This document shows, one piece after another, positions 9,029-17,317 of a stretch of DNA of 20,000 bases (position 1 is its first letter; each line of letters opens with the position of its first letter). Below the pieces are notes generated by a model, which saw nothing but the letters and a program-made list of their open reading frames with translations, ran no database searches and was not told where the DNA came from. The position numbers were made by a program, and so were the translations under genes. The stretch is from an uncultured virus (IMG/VR IMGVR_UViG_3300045738_001977) (taxonomy: Duplodnaviria; Heunggongvirae; Uroviricota; Caudoviricetes): the IMG/VR virus record IMGVR_UViG_3300045738_001977. The stretch is one strand, 5' to 3'.

Positions 9029-11097
9029 ACATTGACCAAGGCATACTAAAGAAGAGAGTGTATCCGCTGGAACCGGTGGTTATTTATGATTTTGCACTTC
9101 CTAATCACCCAGATGCAGCGGCAATAGCGGCGGGAAATAAAATAGTTTTTAACTCTGTGCATGATGTGCCCAGTCATTTAGCTGGTGGGAGCAACATATT
9201 GAATATCTCTGCCGAAGCAATGCCCGGAATTTTAGTAGGACAACAAGACAATGTATTGAATTCAATTTTAGCTCAAGAAAATAAAGGAAGCTTCTTGGGG
9301 GAAGATATTATTTATGTGCCGAATACTAAGTCTCTCAAAAATTGGACTGTGTTCTTTGACGCAGAAATTAATTTTACCGGCGACAAGCAGAAGGCGGTCC
9401 CGTTGATGACAAACAAAGAGAAGGTAGATGATGCGGGTTGGGCAATTTTTATAGATGGTGGAGGATTTTTATCCTACGAATATAATAATACAAATGGAGA
9501 AAAAATAGGACATACACTCCAAGTATCTCTTCCGGAAAAATCTTTCATGGCCGCTTCAAAGGGCGATGATTTGATGTCGCTCTATGTATATGATACGGTT
9601 ACCGGAAAAATAAAAGGGGAAAAATCATTCGCAATAGATGAGCCCCCGTCAGCTAGAAATTGGACGATAGGTGGGCCAGAAAAACATTTTGAGAGTTTGC
9701 TCTCGTTTGATCCGTATACGTGGAATTGTTATAGGTGCCTTGATCAATATCAAAACTTCCTTAACTGCTTGTGGGCGCCTTCCGCGGACCACTTGAACCC
9801 TCTGGGATTGGCTCTTGGGACTACTCCGGATCAATGGGCGCTAAGCAATTGTCAGGCAAGCTCGGGTGATCTGAACGCCTCGGTTGAGCCTGACCTATCT
9901 GGGGCGTGTTGTGCTGACCTTAATCCTTACGAATCAGCAGGCGGAACGACAACAACCGCAGCAGGCACAACAACAACGACGGCGGCTCCCAACTTCGAAT
10001 ACGAAAGATTTTCGGGAGACATGAATCATATTATGATTTTTGATAGCTATATGAACGGGCAAACAGCGTTGGGCGTTTTTGAATCATTTCTTTTAACCGA
10101 ATACACGCCAGAACAAATCAAAGATGTTGCGACGCCATTCCAAAAACCCGGAGAGTATGTTGAAACTAAGGTCAGGGACGGAGTTGAGATTGATAGGTAT
10201 GAATATGTAAAAGAACAAATCGGAGATGCAGATATATATAACAAAGTGCCCGTTTACAAGCCTAAGTACAAAACGGTTAATCAATTTATAAACGCAGAAG
10301 GATTCATGACAAAAATGATTCCCACATTAATACCTGAGTCAAAAATCAAAGACAATACTTATGCCGCAAGCTATCACTCAGATAAATGTATTTCGTTAGA
10401 CTACACAACAGACACAGCCGAATACGTGGAGATTTATTCATGCGACGAAAGCTTTGGTAACACAAGCAAGAAGGCTGTATTCCAGCCCGGTGATTCAACT
10501 TTTAAATTAGACAAGGTATATGACGAAAACGAAATACAAGTATACCTAAATGGGCCTTCCGGCAAACAGGGGCTTCTAGAGCTTGGGGTCGATTACGAAG
10601 TGGTGGGCGGTCAAAAAATAAAAAAACTACAAACATCATTTGTAGAAATAGACGAATTAATATACGACATATATGAAGCTAGCAAACTGTATTTAGATTT
10701 CTTTGGGTATAGCGGTAACGTTTATATGTTTGGCATGAACGGTCAAGATGTATATCTAGACGGAAAAAAACTTATAAAAGATATAAACTACGAAGATACA
10801 GTAATAAATGGATACAATTACCTAATGATTCACAGCGCAGGATTATCTGCCGGAAGATTGGGGATTGTGGGAAGATATAATAATATAAACATAGATAAAA
10901 CATTATATTTTATGGGAAAATATCTACATTGTATAAGTTATGGGATTGTTGAAGAAATAACTTGGGTGGGAGGCAAAAGGGTTGTTAAAGAAAATGGTTA
11001 CGAATTAACGCATTCTGGTAATTTAAATAACTCGGAATACGCAGCCCCACAAAAAACAACGTTAATTTACAGCAATGAACAAGAAAATTTCTCATAA
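9025..11097 (+). CDS. LamG / concanavalin-A-like domain virion protein (690 aa) with C-terminal VYL[ND]G repeats
   Basis: N-half has LamG-superfamily hallmarks: 'VVIYDF', 'NWTVFF', 'GWAIFID', 'MSLYVYD', 'WTIGG' and 'FSGDMNHIMIFD' (cf. F-x-G-x-I-D-E-[LV]-x-I-[YF]). C-half has three VYLNG/VYLDG/TWVGG..Y repeats typical of phage structural proteins. Starts by ATGA overlap. Confidence 0.6.
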   Translation: MNIDQGILKKRVYPLEPVVIYDFALPNHPDAAAIAAGNKIVFNSVHDVPSHLAGGSNILNISAEAMPGILVGQQDNVLNSILAQENKGSFLGEDIIYVPNTKSLKNWTVFFDAEINFTGDKQKAVPLMTNKEKVDDAGWAIFIDGGGFLSYEYNNTNGEKIGHTLQVSLPEKSFMAASKGDDLMSLYVYDTVTGKIKGEKSFAIDEPPSARNWTIGGPEKHFESLLSFDPYTWNCYRCLDQYQNFLNCLWAPSADHLNPLGLALGTTPDQWALSNCQASSGDLNASVEPDLSGACCADLNPYESAGGTTTTAAGTTTTTAAPNFEYERFSGDMNHIMIFDSYMNGQTALGVFESFLLTEYTPEQIKDVATPFQKPGEYVETKVRDGVEIDRYEYVKEQIGDADIYNKVPVYKPKYKTVNQFINAEGFMTKMIPTLIPESKIKDNTYAASYHSDKCISLDYTTDTAEYVEIYSCDESFGNTSKKAVFQPGDSTFKLDKVYDENEIQVYLNGPSGKQGLLELGVDYEVVGGQKIKKLQTSFVEIDELIYDIYEASKLYLDFFGYSGNVYMFGMNGQDVYLDGKKLIKDINYEDTVINGYNYLMIHSAGLSAGRLGIVGRYNNINIDKTLYFMGKYLHCISYGIVEEITWVGGKRVVKENGYELTHSGNLNNSEYAAPQKTTLIYSNEQENFS
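10540..11001 (+). repeat. Three protein-level VYL[ND]G..L....Y repeats at 70-aa spacing
   Basis: VYLNG..LLELGVDYEV starts at 10540, VYLDGKKLIKDINYE at 10750, TWVGGKRVVKENGYE at 10960: exactly 210 nt apart. Confidence 0.7.
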
Positions 11098-11180
11098 AGC
11101 TAATAATTATTAATAAATATACGAGGAAACATAAAAAATGATTTTTTAAAAAAGTGTAATTTTAAGGGGAAAAGGCGATA
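11098..11180 (+). promoter_or_regulatory. AT-rich 83-bp intergenic region with candidate promoter AAAAAGTGTAAT and purine-rich AAGGGGAAAAGG leader
   Basis: Longest non-coding gap in the window. GTGTAAT at 11154-11160, AAGGGGAAAAGG at 11164-11175, a 12-bp palindrome TAATAATTATTA at 11101-11112, and an AT-only inverted repeat at 11132-11148. Confidence 0.45.
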
Positions 11181-14100
11181 ATGATCAAAAATATTAGAGG
11201 AATCAAGTTCTGCGGCACAAAAGACTGCAAGACTGTTACAGAGATGGGAGAGGCCTTCGGCGGAGGCATCTATAGCGCGTCATGTACTATTGGTTTTTCT
11301 AATGCTCCAACTAAAATTACTCTTAATATCGTAAGTGAAAATTCAGATTACACCATCGATCGCGACAAACACCTGAACGTAACAGACACGGGGGCAAACA
11401 CGATACAAATAGGGGGAGTGACCTCGGCCACGGGACCGGGTGGGGCGGCCGTGCTAACAGGCGAAGTAACATTTCGCAGGATGTATTTGTATTCTTTTAC
11501 TAAGAATAATAACCCCGGATCAAAAACTCTTTCTGTAAATTTTGTAGATCATTCCATTATGTTGGATAAAATCTTTGTTGGATTAATTGGCAGGCATGGC
11601 ACAAGAACCAACATACTCAATACAACTGACACTCAATATAATCCAGCTAACGATGTACAAGTTACGCCCGTCTCTATGACGTTTGGTTTCAGGTTGCACT
11701 GCTTGGAATGCAATGAGCTCAGGCCATCATCACTACTAACCCCTCCTTCGTCTGAACCTCCACACAAGATAACAAGGCTTGCTTACATGGCGGGAACCGG
11801 GGTGAAGTGCACCGGCGGGAAAATACCACTTAGAACTTATATTAATGTAAAGCCGGGAAAAGAATCCGTTAACGGTGGGTATATATTGTTGGGCCAAGAG
11901 CAATTTAAAGAAACGGAATGTGAAATACCAAGAGTCACATACACATTTGAAGATCTTTGTAATGCGCTTGACTATATTTTAGGGGGAGATCCCGAAGACT
12001 GTACTAGCGGCGGTGATACGGACAAAATGCACCATCACAATTTAAGAGACTTTAACAGGTCAATAACATATGAAGCAAATTATACAGGGACATTGAGAGA
12101 AGTGCTCAGCGCTTGGGCTGCAGATTTTAGTTTTGATTTTACATTTGATTATGAATCTTCTGACATAAGAGTTATTGGAATTGATTTAAAAGAAGCGATT
12201 GATCTAACAGACGTAAAACAAGCGATTGAAAGTGGGTTTGGTCCTGATTCAAAAGGAGGACTAATAAGAACCCACACAGAAACGAATAGTTTAGAAAATA
12301 CATATTACCAAACCCCCCTTGTTAAATTCATTAAACCGCCAAGGCCCTTCTCAAGGCAAAAAATTCATTATCAACCAAGGATAGGAAAAGTATTAACACC
12401 TAGGGAAGCTATCGGAAGTTCAGCCAACTTAGGAAGAACAGATGATGAAATGCACGTCAGCATGGCGTTGGCTAAGTATAGTCCGGAAGCAAGATTAATT
12501 TGGTTAAGCGACTTGGCTAGACGAAAGTCTGAAGACGTACATTGGTGTAACAAGTTTCACGCTGTAGGCGCAAACGTACCGTGGCCTCAAGCGAATGGCA
12601 GTTACATCCCCGCCAAAGATTACTCACAAGCGGGATATATCGGTGGTGGTTGGGGAAACCCGGACCCCGGCCCTGTCGGTGGCCCCCCACCCGCAGATTA
12701 TGTGGGCGTATCTGCCTCAATGCCGAGCGTAAACATAACACCGCTGGAATTCGAGAAGTACGCCGGAATTGACGTGCCCGATGCATTGGCCTTGTCGCAG
12801 CAATTCAAGGGTGGGTGCGCTCCCAATTCTCAATCTTGTACGCATGATGATTGTCTTGATACGAACATCGTTACCGCAGCTACCGATTCACCATGTAAGT
12901 GTCCGAAAACCGGCGCCTTCGATCATCTTTTCAACCCCTTTAAGCATGGGTATTGTAGTAACCCAAATTATTCGTCAGCATTTAGTTGTCTGTCTATCAA
13001 AAATCATATCGGAGGAGTCTCGATACCGATGTATAAGTGGACTCCTAACGTAAATGATATAAAGCTTCAGGCGGAAACTCCTTGGCCCGCGTTAGGATTT
13101 TTTCCCTCAATCAACTTTAACAAATTCATTGATAAAACAGTAACTGTTCCACACAAGGGATATCAGTTGATAGAAAATCCGTCTGGCAGCGCTGGCACAC
13201 CGTCCGAGGCGCAGTGGATTGCTGCTGATCTGAAGCCGGTGGCTGCAGGGGTAGCAGTAGCAACAGACCCAGCCGTAATTGCAGGCATGGAAGGTACTGA
13301 TCCCGGTGTGCTCGAATTATGGAATCCAGCCTATCTTGTGAAGGGCACTAAGAGGCCAGACGTAAGGTACATTAATCCGGCGCTGAAGGCCGACCCATTG
13401 ACAGGCAAATTAGTTTTTGCTACTTCCCTCGACGCCAACAACAATGCAGTAATAAATGGTTGCACTCTAAAAGACCCCGGGTTTCTTTATCCAACTTATA
13501 GAGCGAATCCTCCGGAAAAATCTGAATGCATTAACGAAGGAAATTGTTATCATTACCACGAAAGAAATAGGAATGGCGCGGCACATTTTGAGCTTAGGAC
13601 AGATCTAGCCGCAAAATACGATCTATGCACTAAGCAGGCTCACCCCATCTGGTGTGATGCGGGCAAGTTTTCTGTCTACTTAGGGATATGGAGCGAGACT
13701 TATCAAGATGCTACTGGAGAATTTGACAAAGAATTAGCAGATAATTTCTTGGGCAAATACGGGTATTGGTATGGCAACAGAACTTCTGACGATGAGGTTG
13801 AGTTAGGAATCTTTAATGAAGGCCCGATGAATCCACCCCCGGATGAAAGACAATGCCCCAAAGTTACTTTCGATCTGGAAGGATGCCAACAGCACGCTTT
13901 GTATAAATACGAACACAGAATAAGCACTCTTCCAGAAAGTAAAATTTATTCAGGGCACAGTTATCCATTTGATAATATACTCAGAGCGCATGGAGGATTT
14001 TTCGCTTTACCCCAAGGAGAAACAGATACAGATCCGCATTGTACTTATTGCCCGCAAAGATCAATTTTTGAGATAGAAGATAACGCTTGGGGAACGCCAC

Positions 14101-15917
14101 CCGATCAAGTGACGGCAATGCTAAGAAATAAATACATAATCGATTCAAAAGATACAACTTTTTACAAAGATCCAAATGTTATATCTGACTTAGGTATATA
14201 TAGACCAAAATACGCAAGGATTGACAGACTGAAGCAGGGGGTTATAAACCATTATCAAACCATCGTAGGACTTGAAAACTGGAAAGATTCTATAATGAAG
14301 CCAGAATATATGAAGTCTGGATATGCACCCGGCATAGCATTTATCCCTCATTTGGATAAAATGACGATCGACAACAACATTGGAGGTGCCACACCCCAAA
14401 TAGAACCTCTATTAAAATTAGACTACGATCATTGGACATGCACCAAGCGACAAGTTGAAGGCGCTGAAAACGCAGACGGAAAAATCGTGGGAACTTGTTC
14501 TGATCCATTTTACTCAACCAGTGCAGACTGTATAACGCACGGACATTGTTCTAACGCGGCGTGGCATACGAAAATTGAATGCGAACTTCCCGCCAACGCT
14601 ACTGTGACAAGCGCAGATGATTCGACGGCAAAAGTTGGAATATGGTATCCAAACACGTGGACACCTAACGTCGGATGGACCGCCGCGCATGATCATTGGT
14701 GTTACACAGGCGCTTGCGTGTCGACGGCAATAACCACGACCTCGGCACCCCTTCCAAAAACATGCTATATATGTCTAGAGGCAGGGGAAACAATTTCTAC
14801 AACACCGGTAAAATGTGTTTATACTTCAGCTACACCTTCCGTCTCCCCCTCGATATGTAGCGATGATATATTACAGGAATGTTCAGGTACATATACCAAT
14901 ATATCTAGTTACGCGCCAGACGCCGCTGGCGCATGCTCCTGTCCGCCGTGTTGCCCGGCGACGACAACGGGAGCCCCAGTGACAACAACATCATCGTCAT
15001 CTGCGACAACGGCCGCTCCGTCGGGAACAACAACAACAGGGGCGCCGGTGACAACAACACCATCGTGCGCTGTCGATGTGGGAGTAACCAATAAAGGATC
15101 AGAAGTATTTGGCGCTTTTGTATATAGCAATTACGCAAGAAGAAAAGAAGAGTCCAGAATAGGTTCCCCCAAAGAATGCATACTATATTGCGAAGAAGAT
15201 ATAAAATCTGAAATTTGTGATTGCCCCGATATAGAAGAACCCATTCACCAATTTCAAAGTTGGGCATCAAAATACCTAAAAATTACGCACATAACTGACG
15301 TAGTAAATATTCTGTACCCAATCGAACATAATTACAAGGGGTTCTGGGTGTCAGAACAAGAAGAAAAAGGGACAACCATGAAAAAACAAATAGTCATGGG
15401 CGAGCCACCAGTTCCGGATCAATTAAAATCAGCAAACGTAATGGCAACAAGAATTATTGACATTGACGCAACTCCGGAGCTTGACGCTCTTGAAGCTACA
15501 ACTGCAGGAAAATTTGAAGAACGGCTCGTCGTTACCAATAGTCATTTGAGCCCTCCGCAACCAGAGGTGGTTTCTTTACCTCAGTATTATACGTTCGTTC
15601 AGGGGATAGCGCAAAGCGCGGATCAGCCGGGAGAAACAATAAACGTAAAATTAGATGGCACCGAATTTGATACATTTCGAGAAACTTTACCCGACGGTAC
15701 ATCAGTAAATCTTTTAACTCCCGCGAATGGCTTGGCTACGTTTACCATTTCGTTGGACGGAGAAGGAATAAGCACGAGTTTATCATTTAGGTCTAGGCCC
15801 AAAAAGCTTCCCAAACGAGATGTATTACTGCAAAAAATAGGGCCAAGGGCTCTAGAGGGACAAATGTCGAAACCAACAACTAACCAAACAAGGTACCGAG
15901 CACTACCAAAGTCATGA
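11181..15917 (+). CDS. Large putative baseplate hub / tail-tip protein (1578 aa) with extensive Cys-rich and Thr-rich insertions
   Basis: Long ORF with an AAGGGGAAAAGG leader. The N-terminal 'GGIYSASCTIGFSNAPTKITLNIV' and 'YTGTLREVLSAWAADFSFDFTFD' segments and the C-terminal 'FTISLDGEGISTSLSF' strand resemble the layout of gp27/gp44/Tal-like hub proteins (pattern recognition only). Confidence 0.45.
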   Translation: MIKNIRGIKFCGTKDCKTVTEMGEAFGGGIYSASCTIGFSNAPTKITLNIVSENSDYTIDRDKHLNVTDTGANTIQIGGVTSATGPGGAAVLTGEVTFRRMYLYSFTKNNNPGSKTLSVNFVDHSIMLDKIFVGLIGRHGTRTNILNTTDTQYNPANDVQVTPVSMTFGFRLHCLECNELRPSSLLTPPSSEPPHKITRLAYMAGTGVKCTGGKIPLRTYINVKPGKESVNGGYILLGQEQFKETECEIPRVTYTFEDLCNALDYILGGDPEDCTSGGDTDKMHHHNLRDFNRSITYEANYTGTLREVLSAWAADFSFDFTFDYESSDIRVIGIDLKEAIDLTDVKQAIESGFGPDSKGGLIRTHTETNSLENTYYQTPLVKFIKPPRPFSRQKIHYQPRIGKVLTPREAIGSSANLGRTDDEMHVSMALAKYSPEARLIWLSDLARRKSEDVHWCNKFHAVGANVPWPQANGSYIPAKDYSQAGYIGGGWGNPDPGPVGGPPPADYVGVSASMPSVNITPLEFEKYAGIDVPDALALSQQFKGGCAPNSQSCTHDDCLDTNIVTAATDSPCKCPKTGAFDHLFNPFKHGYCSNPNYSSAFSCLSIKNHIGGVSIPMYKWTPNVNDIKLQAETPWPALGFFPSINFNKFIDKTVTVPHKGYQLIENPSGSAGTPSEAQWIAADLKPVAAGVAVATDPAVIAGMEGTDPGVLELWNPAYLVKGTKRPDVRYINPALKADPLTGKLVFATSLDANNNAVINGCTLKDPGFLYPTYRANPPEKSECINEGNCYHYHERNRNGAAHFELRTDLAAKYDLCTKQAHPIWCDAGKFSVYLGIWSETYQDATGEFDKELADNFLGKYGYWYGNRTSDDEVELGIFNEGPMNPPPDERQCPKVTFDLEGCQQHALYKYEHRISTLPESKIYSGHSYPFDNILRAHGGFFALPQGETDTDPHCTYCPQRSIFEIEDNAWGTPPDQVTAMLRNKYIIDSKDTTFYKDPNVISDLGIYRPKYARIDRLKQGVINHYQTIVGLENWKDSIMKPEYMKSGYAPGIAFIPHLDKMTIDNNIGGATPQIEPLLKLDYDHWTCTKRQVEGAENADGKIVGTCSDPFYSTSADCITHGHCSNAAWHTKIECELPANATVTSADDSTAKVGIWYPNTWTPNVGWTAAHDHWCYTGACVSTAITTTSAPLPKTCYICLEAGETISTTPVKCVYTSATPSVSPSICSDDILQECSGTYTNISSYAPDAAGACSCPPCCPATTTGAPVTTTSSSSATTAAPSGTTTTGAPVTTTPSCAVDVGVTNKGSEVFGAFVYSNYARRKEESRIGSPKECILYCEEDIKSEICDCPDIEEPIHQFQSWASKYLKITHITDVVNILYPIEHNYKGFWVSEQEEKGTTMKKQIVMGEPPVPDQLKSANVMATRIIDIDATPELDALEATTAGKFEERLVVTNSHLSPPQPEVVSLPQYYTFVQGIAQSADQPGETINVKLDGTEFDTFRETLPDGTSVNLLTPANGLATFTISLDGEGISTSLSFRSRPKKLPKRDVLLQKIGPRALEGQMSKPTTNQTRYRALPKS
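14961..15065 (+). repeat. Duplicated TTTGAPVTTT unit in a Thr/Ser-rich tract
   Basis: acgacaacgggagccccagtgacaacaacatcatcg (14961) vs acaacaacaggggcgccggtgacaacaacaccatcg (15030); period 69 nt, differences mostly synonymous. Confidence 0.75.
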
Positions 15918-17317
15918 TATTTAAAGGATCCAACACCAGACTATTGACAGGGCAGAAAAATATATCATTTCTGTTAAGTAAGTCTTCTGTTAACAATACC
16001 ACAGGAAGCGTGCACTTTGGGTTTAGTGGGGAAGGTGAATCAATTCAATTTATATTTAAAAAAGGTAGGATTTATGATTTTAATAATAAGTATGTTCATA
16101 GTTATAGTCCTTCTGAAGAATTTATATTGTCTGGAGATATATCAGGAGATTATTACAATTATTCAATTAACGGGGTAGACATAGTTACAGGAAAAAACAA
16201 AAAGAATTTTAAAATTGAAAACTTTTTTATAAATACTGATTCCTGCGAATTAGAAGCATCTTTATTTATTTATTCTGATGGAATTGATCATACGTTCACA
16301 CTTCCAGACAAAATGCTTCGTGGAGATAATGTAATTGCTCAAATGACGAATAACTCCCCCGATGGGAATCTACACATATATAGCGCCACGCTAAAAGGGG
16401 AAACAGATACAAACTATTCTGTCGTTTTATATCCGACAGATATAGGGCCGACTGAAACAGGAAATTTTGAATTTAGTAACTTGGATTTAAGTTCGGGGAA
16501 TAATTCTTTTGAAATGGAGTTAGATACAAATGTAGGGAAAATTTACATAGCCGACTCAATACAAGTTACCGACCCCGAGCAAGTGTCTGCAATAAATACA
16601 TTAGAAGAGCTCACAACTAACGCAAGCGAAGTTTTAACTTTTGACACAATAAATAGCGAAGAGTTCGTTTATTATGTTTACCGTTCGTCAATATTTGCGG
16701 CATCTTATACGCCTCAAGAGGTTGTAGTAAGTCTCGGATACGAAGAAGGAAATGTAGGAACTTATCACAGGGTAACGGAAATAAGTATTACTGACTCTGG
16801 AACAGGATATACGGAAGCTCCAATCGTAACTTTCAGCGCGGGGCAAGGGAATGACGTGCAAGCCGAAGGAATCGCGGTTATAACAGACGGTGGGGTTTCC
16901 AGCGTAACAATAGAAAATTCAGGAGTTTATTATAACGCCGCTCCAACTATGTCGTTTTCTGGTGGGGCACCAGACCCGTACACAATAACGCCTGCTCAAT
17001 TCTCCGTAACGACAGAAACGTATGAAAAAACTTTTACAGAATGTTTTGCTATTGCCACGGGGATAGCATACGAATCATTAACGAGCTATGACTCACTGGC
17101 ACACCTAAATGAAGGGCCCATTGGCCCCTACTATAGCAGTATAACTCCTACCTCCCTGTTTAGTGATCAAAATTTTTATATACGAATAAAGGGCAAAACC
17201 TTTTATGACTTTGATACAATCAAAGCAAAATTAACAATAGCAGGAATCTTGGAAGACTCCAACACAAACAGGCAAATAGAAGAAATAATAATTTCTTCCG
17301 GAAACACAGCGGCATAA
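15914..17317 (+). CDS. Putative baseplate/tail structural protein (467 aa) with GxGY..AP.V beta repeats
   Basis: ATGA overlap with the upstream gene. Acidic and beta-rich. Contains VTEISITDSGTGYTEAPIVTFSAG..AEGIAVITDGGVSSVTIENSGVYYNAAPTMSFSGG (16772-16966), the repeat familiar from baseplate-wedge, sheath and VrlC-like proteins of T4-like phages. Confidence 0.55.
   Translation: MIFKGSNTRLLTGQKNISFLLSKSSVNNTTGSVHFGFSGEGESIQFIFKKGRIYDFNNKYVHSYSPSEEFILSGDISGDYYNYSINGVDIVTGKNKKNFKIENFFINTDSCELEASLFIYSDGIDHTFTLPDKMLRGDNVIAQMTNNSPDGNLHIYSATLKGETDTNYSVVLYPTDIGPTETGNFEFSNLDLSSGNNSFEMELDTNVGKIYIADSIQVTDPEQVSAINTLEELTTNASEVLTFDTINSEEFVYYVYRSSIFAASYTPQEVVVSLGYEEGNVGTYHRVTEISITDSGTGYTEAPIVTFSAGQGNDVQAEGIAVITDGGVSSVTIENSGVYYNAAPTMSFSGGAPDPYTITPAQFSVTTETYEKTFTECFAIATGIAYESLTSYDSLAHLNEGPIGPYYSSITPTSLFSDQNFYIRIKGKTFYDFDTIKAKLTIAGILEDSNTNRQIEEIIISSGNTAA

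Noticed and set aside
3581..14774. CxxC motifs as c-type heme-binding (multiheme cytochrome) sites
   Set aside because: None is CxxCH (closest is CYQCIH), and there are no signal peptides for periplasmic heme attachment.
11181..15917. Intein or self-splicing intron explaining the large insertions
   Set aside because: No intein terminal HN-[CST] or LAGLIDADG blocks seen (HHHNL near 12030 is followed by Leu), and the reading frames are uninterrupted.
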